64,000 bases of DNA from Candidatus Parcubacteria bacterium. GTDB lineage: Bacteria > Patescibacteriota > Saccharimonadia > UBA4664 > JBIOIQ01. The position numbers and the translations under genes are program-made. Shown here piece after piece: positions 1-9,068 of the stretch. The number at the start of each line of letters is the position of its first letter. Position 1 is the first letter of the stretch. The notes beneath the pieces are model-generated. The model was not told the origin of the DNA and made no database searches. It was given only the letters and a program-made list of their open reading frames with translations. The stretch spans positions 872,265 through 936,264 of the forward strand of contig OY970378.1 of assembly GCA_963718875.1 (NCBI GenBank), read 5' to 3'.

Positions 1-789
1 GGCGGGACCAATGTTAAGGACCGCGCCACTATCGAGGGTTAGATTATTTGAACCTAAAGATTGGACTGTTACTGCACCAGCATTGGCCGCGGTACTGGTA
101 ACCTGAATAAAGTTACCCGATGATGAGCCTTGCACTGCAAACACGTCAGCACCAAATGAACCAGAACTGTTTTGTTTAACAATCGTGCTGGAGATGTTGG
201 TCGTAGGCTGGAAAGTGTTGGTACCAGTCCAAGTTTGAGTTGATCCCAATTGACCAAATGCACTAGAGTCCAGTCCATCTAGCGCATCGGCGTTAAAGGC
301 ATATGGTGCGCTAGCTAAAGCTTGGCGTGGCGTCATTGCCCCTTCAGTAAAGCTGGCGCAGCCGTTAGTGTTACAAGTGGCTGTGGCCGGAGTTGGCAAC
401 TCTACTTCAAGATACAGAGGGAAAGTTCCGCTAAATAAGGCCGGGCTTAAAGCTGGGTCGCCTTGGGTGGTATCGCCGAACTGGATATTGAACAAACCAT
501 TGCTGATTTGAACGCGATGGTCGGAAGCCCCGTAAACTCGGTCGCCCTGCCAAACGTTGGTTCCGTTCGTAAGTGCGTCCATGATTCTAAACTTAATGTT
601 GTATGAGCCGTCTGGTAGGATATTACCGTTATTATCGGTTAAACGACCTTGAAAATTAATTTTGTAAGGTATGGTTTGGGCGGCTTCGGCCGGTAATTCC
701 AAAGACGCCAAAAAGGATGTTGCAACCAAGAGAGTTGCGACTAACGTTGATATAAACCAAGCGTTACGCCGAGTACTGATAACTCTCAT
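1..789 (-). CDS. Secreted protein, 5'-partial in window. Start ATG at 789; the reading frame stays open off the left edge with no stop through position 1. N-terminal signal peptide, S/T/G/N-rich repeats.
   Basis: Manual minus-strand translation MRVISTRRNAWFISTLVATLLVATSFLASLELPAEAAQT... with no stop through position 1. Not in the ORF track because no stop lies in the window. Confidence 0.55.
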   Translation of the reverse strand, partial: MRVISTRRNAWFISTLVATLLVATSFLASLELPAEAAQTIPYKINFQGRLTDNNGNILPDGSYNIKFRIMDALTNGTNVWQGDRVYGASDHRVQISNGLFNIQFGDTTQGDPALSPALFSGTFPLYLEVELPTPATATCNTNGCASFTEGAMTPRQALASAPYAFNADALDGLDSSAFGQLGSTQTWTGTNTFQPTTNISSTIVKQNSSGSFGADVFAVQGSSSGNFIQVTSTAANAGAVTVQSLGSNNLTLDSGAVLNIGPA

Positions 790-1401
790 TCACAAGCACC
801 TTAACATGAGCATTATAGCATTATACTTATGCTTAAATCAAGCGTGTTACTTGCTTTGTGCTTGTTCGGCTGATAGAAGTTATATGATTTGCGTACTGTG
901 CATATTATATTTTTGTAGAGCCATTATTCGCTTGCTAAGCATAATATAAAACATCTATTAAATAGCATCGTCGTGCGGCTACAACTTTGACATGCAGCTT
1001 TGCTCTCAGCCTGGAGACTTTTTTACATACGAGCAGAAGAAACTAAAGATTTTTACTATAAGGCGAAAGTCGACCTATTTAAGGCGCTTAATTTAGGTCG
1101 ATTATCGCCTTATATGGGCTGCTATTTAGCGTCAACACTCAGATCATAGTTTAAGAGATACTGAACCCGGTTCGACCCTTCGACTTCGCTCAGGGAATAA
1201 ATTCAAGCTTACGGTCTTCGACTCTGCCCATTCGACTTCTCTCAGGGCGCCCTGAGTTTCATCGAAGGGTGAGGGAAGAGCCCTCAGGCTCAGACTCGAA
1301 CGAGCAGGCAAGTTCAGTATGACAGACGAGGGGTTTAGGAATTTTTGCTTAGTAGGGTTAAAGCCCCTAAATGGTTCTTTTAATGACCTTTAAGAGGTAC
1401 G

Positions 1402-2412
1402 CTAGAAGCGCCGAGGAGGAGGCTTTGGAGACGAAGGTGGTTTTATAGATGCCGCAGATGGCGGTGGCTTAGGCTTAGATTTGGATTTGGATTTGCGCTG
1501 GCGGATAGCCAAAGCAGTGCAGACAATTGCCAAAAACGTAAAAGCGGTGACTACGATGATAAAAAAGAGAGAAGACATGATAAGGACATAGTGCGTTCCG
1601 AGATTTTCAGTGCGGCCCAGCATATTGACCGAGCCATAGACCCTAAACAGACCAAAAGAGGGAGCGCCCTTCCACTCTTGGCTAATCTTGCGGATTGTTT
1701 GCGGCAGCACCACGTGGCTGGTTTGCAGCTTGGCTTTAACGTTTCCAAATAAATCCGCTACGTATATGGAGGCGTCAGCTTGATAATGGACATTGCCCTC
1801 ATTGCTTAGACGAAGAGTAGTTTTGAGGGGTGGCTCGGTTTGCCAAAAGTCGGTTTTAAAACTTAGTAACCGTCCTTGCTCGTCTACCGCCCCGTTAACG
1901 CGCAGGTAAAGAATGGCGCCGACTCGCTTTTTACTAGCCACCCCGCTCGTGCCTTTAGGCTCCACCTTTGTTTCGGTAAAAATAACTGCGTAGTACCCTC
2001 CTGGGCCGACCCCGCTAGGCACAGAGATTTCGTATGGCACTGCCACATGCTTGCCGGGTTCTAGATGAAGTGGGACCTGGCTAGTTTTAATCCAACTAGC
2101 AACATTTGTTTGGGCGGGCTTGAGTTGAAAACTTTGAATATAGTCTTCCCCCGATACGTTATAGGGAGTGCTATATACCTTGAAGTCATAGGCTTCGGTT
2201 CCGTCGTTAATGAGAGTTAAGCTGCCACTGGCACTTTTACCCGCATCGAGCTCGTAGCGCAGGGAGGTAGGAGACATGGTCATGCTAAGACCCTGGGCGC
2301 CGGAGGACACTCCTGGAGTGGCGCCCAAAGCGCTACCCCCTGTTAGCAAAAAGTTAGCGGCTAAAGCAGCTTGAATAAATTTTTTTGTTGTAGCTGAGAA
2401 TAGTTTGTTCAA
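1402..2412 (-). CDS. DUF916/DUF3324-like (CscA-like) cell-surface protein with signal peptide, C-terminal TM helix and Lys/Pro-rich tail. The ORF runs to 2508 but the likely start is a TTG near 2412.
   Basis: Paralogous to 3083..3976, 6630..7553 and 14772..15932. Shared motifs ...EPGG[YHR][YF][AG]..F and ..GNVH.., then a C-terminal TM segment and basic tail (KSKSKSKPKPPP). Confidence 0.5.
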   Translation of the reverse strand: MNKLFSATTKKFIQAALAANFLLTGGSALGATPGVSSGAQGLSMTMSPTSLRYELDAGKSASGSLTLINDGTEAYDFKVYSTPYNVSGEDYIQSFQLKPAQTNVASWIKTSQVPLHLEPGKHVAVPYEISVPSGVGPGGYYAVIFTETKVEPKGTSGVASKKRVGAILYLRVNGAVDEQGRLLSFKTDFWQTEPPLKTTLRLSNEGNVHYQADASIYVADLFGNVKAKLQTSHVVLPQTIRKISQEWKGAPSFGLFRVYGSVNMLGRTENLGTHYVLIMSSLFFIIVVTAFTFLAIVCTALAIRQRKSKSKSKPKPPPSAASIKPPSSPKPPPRRF

Positions 2413-2426
2413 AGGCAAGACCAAAT

Positions 2427-3053
2427 TTAATTGGTTAGGGCGGTGTAGGTGACAATGTCGGTATAAGTTCCCTGCAAGACCGTGGCATTTGCCGCCACGC
2501 TGTACCAAACAGTAGTAACGTCGTTTGTACTGTTGGTAGAAGTTGTTTTGAGAGTGTTGGGTGATCCTGATGCCGGTACTCCTGCAAATGTGTCGGCAAC
2601 AAAGGCAGCGCTAGACTGCGAGCTGGTTGGGCCAGCTCCAAACCCGCCAGCTCCGTCCACTCTATACCCCCATCTACCTGAGGTTAGAGCAATGGGTGAT
2701 GCTTGAGTTCCGGTGGTGGCTGAAATGTTGTTGGAGCCTGAAACCAGGTTAGTATTGGCGTCAGCGTCTTCGAGTGTAAGGGTGTAGCCACTAATGTCGT
2801 TGGTACTTACCGTCACAGTATCGCTAGCAATGGTCTGGGCGCCGGCTACTGTAGGAAGAACATTTACATTTACTGTACCGCTGGTAGTAAACAGGCTAAT
2901 TATGGGGCTTATGACTGAACTAATAGTGGTATTGGCGCTAAAAACAGCCCCACTTAATACTGGGCTGATCATAATAAGCCCGCTTGCGACAATAGCTAGG
3001 CGTATCGGCTTAATATCTAGGAAGTGCATTTTTACCATAAGCTTTATAGACAT
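2427..3053 (-). CDS. Small secreted WxL-like protein. C-terminus ...GTYTDIVTYTALTN.
   Basis: Signal peptide MVKMHFLDIKPIRLAIVASGLIMISPVLSGAVFSA. S/T/G/A/N-rich body. C-terminal motif shared with four other proteins in the cluster. Confidence 0.5.
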   Translation of the reverse strand: MSIKLMVKMHFLDIKPIRLAIVASGLIMISPVLSGAVFSANTTISSVISPIISLFTTSGTVNVNVLPTVAGAQTIASDTVTVSTNDISGYTLTLEDADANTNLVSGSNNISATTGTQASPIALTSGRWGYRVDGAGGFGAGPTSSQSSAAFVADTFAGVPASGSPNTLKTTSTNSTNDVTTVWYSVAANATVLQGTYTDIVTYTALTN

Positions 3054-3082
3054 AATATACGCTGACTCCCAGAGAGTCAAAT

Positions 3083-3976
3083 CTAGCGCTTAAATCTAGG
3101 ACGGAGTCGACGGAATAAGACAGCAACTATGATAACTACTAGCATAAGTAGGCCCACTACTCTCCAATAGCCAGTTATTGCAAAAACTAGCGAAACATGA
3201 CTTTTGCCGGTATCTTTGTCAGTAACTAAAAGCGGAATAAGACCAACATAACTACCTGCCTTGGAAAAGCTGAATTCACGCTTGTTACCGGGAAAAACTA
3301 GTGGGCCGTTCAAGTAAGTGCGCCTACCCCACCAGGCTGCTCGGACAGATACAGTTGGGTTATAGGCAATTGCCCTAGGAGCCTCCCCCACGTTTGCATA
3401 TTGGATTGTTCCCTTTATGCCATTGCCAAACTGAAAAAAAGCCGACTTCAGGCTAGAAATTGTGCCACTTTTTTTACCTGCCCCGCCGTTATCAAGGATA
3501 AGTAACGTTCCGGCTTTGGCGCTCTGCATGATGATATTGCCACTAACTGATGTGGGCTTTGGGACGGTGGCAAAAAAAATCGCACCATAAACTCCACCTT
3601 TAGGCAGCTTGTTGGGATCGATTGTAAAAGCAACTCTTACGGCTTCACGTGGACCTAAGTCGAATTCTGAGGCCGACACTGTAATACCTCTACTTATTGC
3701 AGCATCCTGATAAAATTGCAGGTCCCCGGCTAAGTTTATTTGTCGAAAAGCGCTGACTTCACTTTTTAGTGAAATAGTAGAGTCGGATGGGTTAGAAACA
3801 TCAACAAACCCCAACTTTGAGGTAGACCCGGTTAAGCTATCTTGATATTTGAGAGGCGAGACTGAAATAGTGGGGATACTAGCGAACAGCGGTTGTGGCC
3901 GTATCAGCCCACAGAGGATCAAACTAAAAAACGCCGGGATTACTAAACCAAGCCGCAGGATAAGCAGGCGCTTCAT
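3083..3976 (-). CDS. DUF916/DUF3324-like (CscA-like) membrane-anchored surface protein
   Basis: Signal peptide, ...KGGVYGAIFFATVP... motif, C-terminal TM (VVGLLMLVVIIVAVLF) and basic tail RRLRPRFKR. A 4-nt ATGA overlap with the upstream gene indicates an operon. Confidence 0.5.
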   Translation of the reverse strand: MKRLLILRLGLVIPAFFSLILCGLIRPQPLFASIPTISVSPLKYQDSLTGSTSKLGFVDVSNPSDSTISLKSEVSAFRQINLAGDLQFYQDAAISRGITVSASEFDLGPREAVRVAFTIDPNKLPKGGVYGAIFFATVPKPTSVSGNIIMQSAKAGTLLILDNGGAGKKSGTISSLKSAFFQFGNGIKGTIQYANVGEAPRAIAYNPTVSVRAAWWGRRTYLNGPLVFPGNKREFSFSKAGSYVGLIPLLVTDKDTGKSHVSLVFAITGYWRVVGLLMLVVIIVAVLFRRLRPRFKR

Positions 3977-5334
3977 GGTTTGAGCGTGGCAGTGTAAACC
4001 ACGGAATTCGTATAAGTACCAGACTTTTGAGATGTGGCAGTGTCGGCTCGAAACCGAACTGAGCTTTTTTCTGGTACCCCACCATTAAGTCCAGTGCGGG
4101 AGTGAAATATGGTGGGAGTGGTTGGAATAAAGGCAAAGTTAAAATTGGGCGTACTCCCCCACTTGACTTCTACTTGAGTCCCACTTATAAGGCTAAATCC
4201 TAGGCCCTTGGTTGTTCCCTCATTCCAGGCTGCCGGCGTTGCGATGTTTGCTGTAACACCCGGAATAGTGGTGATTCCGTCAACGGTATGAAGCAAGTCG
4301 TGGTCCTCTTGAATATAGAGCGAATAGCCACCGGCGTCAGTGCGCACCACAGCGTCGGCATCATAAATTTGGGAGATTCCTGGTGTAATGTTTGGCACCG
4401 TAAAAGCACTAGAAGAACCGGCGGCAGCAGAAGAAAAATCATTTTCTATCTCGCGAGGACTTAATGCCCGGCTATATAATTTAACCTCATCAATAGTGCC
4501 TTTAAAAAAGTTGGCTAGGTCATCTCGAGCGCCTAGCTTTAAAGTGTTGGTGTTGGTGGTGGTGGTGCCTATTGACCCCGTGCCAACCGGCGAGCCATCG
4601 ATGTAGAGTGTGGCGCTACCACCAGATTTGGTTACTGCTATGTGCGCAAACGTCCCCGTCGGAACTGCAGAACTACTAGTGATAGTTCGTAAAGCCGTGT
4701 CAAATCCTAAAAACTGTAATTTACCTGTGGTCTGCTCAATGCGCAGCTCGTAAGTATTGTTGGCTGAGCCATTGCCGGTGGTTTTAGCGGCAATGGTGGC
4801 ATTGTTGGCATAGTCGGTAGGTTTAACCCAAGCCTCGATGGTGAGCGATCCGGTCAAGTTTAAATTGGCATTACTGGCAATATTGGTATATTGATTTGAC
4901 CCATTCAAACCCAGTCCTTGGCCCAACTTACCGCTAACCCAAGTGGGCGTCCCGCTGGAATAACCATGGTTTTCGTTGGTGCTAACGTCATAGGCCACCG
5001 TGCCAACTCCCGTATCTAAGGGGTAATACGAGACGGTCCCACTAGGCAACACCGCCAAAGTTATCGACTGAGAAAGCTGAGCCACGTAACCTTGCGTCAG
5101 TTTGTAACTTTGACTCGATCCGCTTCCTACAACCCCTTCTCCACCGGAGTCATAAAGTTTATACGAGGTTGAGGAACCGGCTCCGCCAAAGGTGCTTCCA
5201 ACATTAGGATCTAACCGATAATTTGGACTGGTTAATGAGGTGGCATGGCCTGTGATTGGCAATGCCAAGATAAGCATAACAAACCCGGCTATGTAACGTC
5301 GCACCTCTGTACTCGAATTAAGCATTACCAACAT
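3973..5334 (-). CDS. Secreted LamG/concanavalin A-like lectin domain protein with a WxL-like C-terminus (...GTYTNSVVYTATLKP). Start taken at internal ATG 5334; the ORF as listed runs to 5613.
   Basis: LamG_3-like motifs (LTIEAWVKP, TFAHIAVTKSGGSATLYIDGSPVG, FKGTIDEVKLYSRALSPREI). Signal peptide MLVMLNSSTEVRRYIAGFVMLILALPITGHA. The ORF portion upstream of 5334 overlaps the IS element. Confidence 0.6.
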   Translation of the reverse strand: MLVMLNSSTEVRRYIAGFVMLILALPITGHATSLTSPNYRLDPNVGSTFGGAGSSTSYKLYDSGGEGVVGSGSSQSYKLTQGYVAQLSQSITLAVLPSGTVSYYPLDTGVGTVAYDVSTNENHGYSSGTPTWVSGKLGQGLGLNGSNQYTNIASNANLNLTGSLTIEAWVKPTDYANNATIAAKTTGNGSANNTYELRIEQTTGKLQFLGFDTALRTITSSSAVPTGTFAHIAVTKSGGSATLYIDGSPVGTGSIGTTTTNTNTLKLGARDDLANFFKGTIDEVKLYSRALSPREIENDFSSAAAGSSSAFTVPNITPGISQIYDADAVVRTDAGGYSLYIQEDHDLLHTVDGITTIPGVTANIATPAAWNEGTTKGLGFSLISGTQVEVKWGSTPNFNFAFIPTTPTIFHSRTGLNGGVPEKSSVRFRADTATSQKSGTYTNSVVYTATLKP

Positions 5335-5375
5335 TATGCCAAACTTGTTTGGTTTTGGCCAGCTAGGAAAGGGCG

Positions 5376-6254
5376 GGTTCTGTCCACTAAAACGGAACAG
5401 ACATACTTTTAAGTAATATAAATGGGCTACTGAACAACTCTGGGTGGTTCTTTCTAGCCTGGAACTCTCTGAGTAATCCCGGTAAGAACTGATGCATGAA
5501 GCGGTCGCGGGTACGTCTGGTAAACCGATCCAGGCAGCTCCAGATCCCTTCAATGCGGTTGGTTGGTCCAAAGTGGCCAATGGAATGGTTGCAGATCTCC
5601 AGACCATAGCCAACTTCCATTAGGCCAAGGTGAGAGGCGTGAGCATCAGCAAAGATCAGGCTACCGAGAGTGGCATACTGATCGAGAAAACCTTCTATGC
5701 TATCCTGCTCACAATCTAGTATCTCAGCTAGTCTTACGAGGTTGGTTTCCCGGTCCACGATACCCATAACAATGTGTTGGTTACCATATTTCTGCCGACC
5801 TAGATAGCTCTGGTCTATCTCCAGTAGCCCGACTAACTGGCTCTTGTCGACTGGTAGTCTAGATCGCAAGCGTTCTAACCAGCGTTGGATCGTCCAGTAG
5901 GACAGCCCCGTTGAGGTGATAATGTCGCCAGGTGACTGCTTACCGCTCCAGCAAGTCACCAGTTCCAGAATCCTCCTCCAGCCGAGCTTAGACGACCCAA
6001 AGCCGACTTGTTTCTTTAAGCTCCATTTACGACGACAGGTGCCGCACCAAAGATACTGAGTAGTTATGTGGATGTTTGAGTGAGACATCCAAGGGCAAAT
6101 AGGGCCCTCGGGATAAAGATGTACTAGCACTTGGTTAAAACATTCTTGGTCTGTTACCGGTAGATCTGCTAATGTGGTCATTGGAACAAGTCTCCTTTTC
6201 TAACTGGTTAGTCCTAGTTAGATTGTAGCTTGTTCCGCTTTAGTGTAATGAACC
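5376..6254. mobile_element. IS1595-family insertion sequence (879 bp) with ~25-bp imperfect terminal inverted repeats and a 9-bp direct repeat (GAAAGGGCG) at both flanks
   Basis: Left end GGTTCTGTCCACTAAAACGGAACAG. Right end, reverse-complemented, is GGTTCATTACACTAAAGCGGAACAAG. Flanking GAAAGGGCG at 5367-5375 and 6255-6263. Single transposase ORF inside. Confidence 0.75.
5387..6181 (-). CDS. IS1595-family (ISXO2-like) DDE transposase with N-terminal zinc-ribbon
   Basis: 264 aa. N-terminal CPWMSHSNIHITTQYLWCGTCRRKW zinc ribbon. Length and architecture typical of IS1595. Sits inside the inverted-repeat-bounded element. Confidence 0.75.
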   Translation of the reverse strand: MTTLADLPVTDQECFNQVLVHLYPEGPICPWMSHSNIHITTQYLWCGTCRRKWSLKKQVGFGSSKLGWRRILELVTCWSGKQSPGDIITSTGLSYWTIQRWLERLRSRLPVDKSQLVGLLEIDQSYLGRQKYGNQHIVMGIVDRETNLVRLAEILDCEQDSIEGFLDQYATLGSLIFADAHASHLGLMEVGYGLEICNHSIGHFGPTNRIEGIWSCLDRFTRRTRDRFMHQFLPGLLREFQARKNHPELFSSPFILLKSMSVPF

Positions 6255-6352
6255 GAAAGGGCGTCTTCTAATTACCATTAGAATTCTTTCAGCCATCCGT
6301 CTTCCTTAAATCGCAACTTTTTTAGATGGCTCTATTCATTCTTTTGTACTAT

Positions 6353-6543
6353 GTACCGCCAAACTGTCAGTAATAAATGTTTTTGATTATATGACTTCTT
6401 CTAGGAAGTTTTGTTAGACTTTTGGAACATTTTGACTGATGTTTTTTTTCTGATTAGCACTCAAAGCCATGAGAGGTTGAAAGAGAAGTTTATTATCGCC
6501 TTAGCCATTTAGCACAATAAAACTAGTGACAGTTTGGCGGTAC
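6353..6543. repeat. Pair of inverted 19-bp repeats (ATGTACCGCCAAACTGTCA / TGACAGTTTGGCGGTACAT) bracketing an AT-rich ~155 bp spacer; MITE-like or operator pair
   Basis: 6353-6369 is the exact reverse complement of 6527-6543. A third near-identical copy is at 62406-62428. Confidence 0.5.
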
Positions 6544-6629
6544 ATACAAAAAAAGCTACACCTTTATCCTTGCGTTCCCATTGAAGAGCGAGTGATTATG
6601 AGCCACAACTTAAAGGCTTTTTTATTGAT

Positions 6630-7553
6630 CTAGTCTTTGCCGCTGAGTGCTCTGAAAGCCTTTTTGAATCTTTTTCGGTTACGCCAGAGCAAGAAGTACA
6701 ATACGACGAGTAGAGAGGCGGCTATGATGAGCAGTTTGTATGGAACAACTGTAAAACTGGTTTCGGCTGTTAACTGTTGTTTGTCGCCGTTGTTTAATAC
6801 CAATGTGGCCTTATAAAAACCAAACATCCACTTTTTATTAAGGGTTGTTTCGGTGCGACGGATAGCGCCAGGAATAACATTCTTGGGCTCCAGCTTGACC
6901 GTGGCAACCTTCATACCCAATAGGTTCTTAACCGTGATTGTGCCTGTCGGCTTGGCGTGAACGTTGCCAGTATCTTTTATACGAGTTTCAAACTTGATGG
7001 GCCCAATCTCGTAAAAGGCCTTTTCGGTTTTAAAACTGGCAATTTCAACCCTCTCATTGGCATTACCGGCAATACGTAAAAATATTAGTGCGCCAAGCTG
7101 CTGCTTAACCGCCGCCCCGGATTGCCCACTCGGTAGCGTGGTCTCCAGAGTGTGGAATACTAACGATCCATAGCGTCCGCCAGGCTCGGCGTTCAAAGGA
7201 ATGTCGATTTTGAAACTAACCGATTGGGTCCCCTTAGCAGGAACGTTTATTACATCGGGTGTAGCGCTAAACCATGGCGCTAAAGAATAAAGGTCGTTAT
7301 TAGTAGTGAGGTCCACTTGCCCCTCTTCGCCTTTAGCAACAAAATTATTGCGGTCAGCTGCCAGGACTAGTGGCGAGCCAGTAAGATTGATGATTTTGAA
7401 TGAGCCGGTTACCGATTGGCCGGGATTAGCCGATATTTCTAAAGATGGCGGGGATATAGCAAACCCAAGTGAATCCGCATGCGCTTGCCCAGCTATTCCA
7501 ACAGAGCTTGCGAGCAAACTTATGACAACTAAAAAGCGAACCAAGTATTTCAT
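6630..7553 (-). CDS. DUF916/DUF3324-like (CscA-like) membrane-anchored surface protein
   Basis: Signal peptide MKYLVRFLVVISLLASSVGIAGQAHA. Motifs NAEPGGRYGSLVF and DTGNVHAKPTGTITVKNLLGMKV. C-terminal TM plus RNRKRFKK tail. Confidence 0.55.
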   Translation of the reverse strand: MKYLVRFLVVISLLASSVGIAGQAHADSLGFAISPPSLEISANPGQSVTGSFKIINLTGSPLVLAADRNNFVAKGEEGQVDLTTNNDLYSLAPWFSATPDVINVPAKGTQSVSFKIDIPLNAEPGGRYGSLVFHTLETTLPSGQSGAAVKQQLGALIFLRIAGNANERVEIASFKTEKAFYEIGPIKFETRIKDTGNVHAKPTGTITVKNLLGMKVATVKLEPKNVIPGAIRRTETTLNKKWMFGFYKATLVLNNGDKQQLTAETSFTVVPYKLLIIAASLLVVLYFLLWRNRKRFKKAFRALSGKD

Positions 7554-7875
7554 ATATGCTTACAATCATAACAGCAAATAACAAATCCTAATATTTAAAT
7601 CCTGTAAAGGGACGATGTCCCCACGGGATTTTTCGTCCGAAACTCGAATGAATACTCAAAATGCAAATGTTTAAAGATTGGGATTTGAATAACTTTTTCG
7701 GATTTGATCTTTAATTATCAAAACCTGACATTTCAACAAATAACACACTTTGATGCAGTGCTAGGAGATGCTGAAGCCCGTAAGGGAGTCCCCTGATCAA
7801 GTCCGGGGCAAGCTCCGTATTGAACGCGGACTGGAGGTATCGACAACGTAATGCACTAAGTGTGTTATTTGTTTT

Positions 7876-8970
7876 TTAATAAATGGGGGTGCAGGTGTAG
7901 ATGACGGTGGTGGTGTAGGTGCCTGGTTTTGTAACACCAGAGATGCCAACTTGATGGCCGACGCGGGTGGTTTGTGAAGCTACCGGGGCGGCATCGTAGG
8001 CGACCTCTGCATTGCTGGTAGTGTTAGCCGCCCAGACATCAGGAGTGCTGGTAAAGCGGTTGACGGCTAAGGCTTGCAAGGTGGCGTCATTGGTAGTGTA
8101 GCCGTACGACTCTGTTCCGGCGGCTGAAAATGAGGTTGGTGCGGCGTTGGTTCCAGTGTGGTCAGCAATTTGATTAGCGCCCGAGGTGGGTTTAGCGGTA
8201 TAGCGTATGAATACCGTATACCCGCTGCCGGCGTTGGTGGCGACGCTTAAATCTTGGCAAACAATTGAATTAGAGGCCGTTGTTACGGTACCAAAGGGAA
8301 TGGTGGTAGACGTACTGGCCTGCGTCGATGTTGCCCCATTACAACTAGCTCCGGATGCGACCGTATTAACTGTAAAGCTTAATGTAGGGTCGACGGTTAA
8401 TGACAGGGTCGATCCTGGGGTGAAGATAAACGCTAGAGTTGTATTGTCTACGGGGCTAGTGGTGCAATCGACGTTGTCATAAGTACTAAACTGCATGAAG
8501 TAGCTAACGTTAGGGATGGAGCTGTTTACAACTCCGGCCAATACAAAAGTGGCGTTAGTGGTAGTAGACGGGGTGATGCCAGTGTTGTGGGTATAAGTTA
8601 TGTTATTGGCGGTTGGGGTTAGCGTCCAGCCAGTGCCAGAGCTATTAACTAAAGTTGATGATGCGGCGGTGACGGTGGCAGAGGCGGCGGTGAAGCCGTT
8701 GCCAATATTAACCGCTGAGCTTGGGCTGGTACTAAAAACAGCTTTAATACATTTAATACTGGCGCTGGTAACGTTGCTAGCTGTAGTCGTATAAGTAGAG
8801 GTGGCACTTGGACGAGGGTCGCTTAGAGCGACCGATGCAGGGTTTAGTTGAGCAGCATTAACAATTCCAAAGTTGAGCGACATCGTGCCCAACAAGGTAA
8901 CCCAAGCCATCCATAGTCTCATTAAACGGCCTTGTGAAGCAATGATTTTGATTTGACTATGTTTTTTCAA
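7876..8970 (-). CDS. Secreted WxL-like surface protein, C-terminus ...GTYTTTVIYTCTPIY
   Basis: Signal peptide, then conserved N-terminal segment ...ALSDPRPSATSTYTTTAS.... Thr/Ser/Ala/Asn-rich body. C-terminal motif shared with the 15934 and 17364 paralogs. Confidence 0.55.
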   Translation of the reverse strand: MKKHSQIKIIASQGRLMRLWMAWVTLLGTMSLNFGIVNAAQLNPASVALSDPRPSATSTYTTTASNVTSASIKCIKAVFSTSPSSAVNIGNGFTAASATVTAASSTLVNSSGTGWTLTPTANNITYTHNTGITPSTTTNATFVLAGVVNSSIPNVSYFMQFSTYDNVDCTTSPVDNTTLAFIFTPGSTLSLTVDPTLSFTVNTVASGASCNGATSTQASTSTTIPFGTVTTASNSIVCQDLSVATNAGSGYTVFIRYTAKPTSGANQIADHTGTNAAPTSFSAAGTESYGYTTNDATLQALAVNRFTSTPDVWAANTTSNAEVAYDAAPVASQTTRVGHQVGISGVTKPGTYTTTVIYTCTPIY

Positions 8971-9068
8971 CTGACTTCTGCCTTTGATTAATTGAGATTA
9001 CTTTGTTTAAGCATAACAATAATAAGCAAGTTGTCAACGCAGTTTTTTTTAATTCACCTTCACTCACG

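Noticed and set aside
671-949. Plus-strand 92-aa ORF
   Set aside because: Overlaps the start of the well-supported minus-strand secreted-protein gene (start 789) and its promoter region. Low-complexity hydrophobic translation.
1485-1500. Tandem TTGGATTTGGATTTG micro-repeat
   Set aside because: Simply encodes the KSKSKSK basic tail of the DUF916-like protein. Not a CRISPR or satellite.
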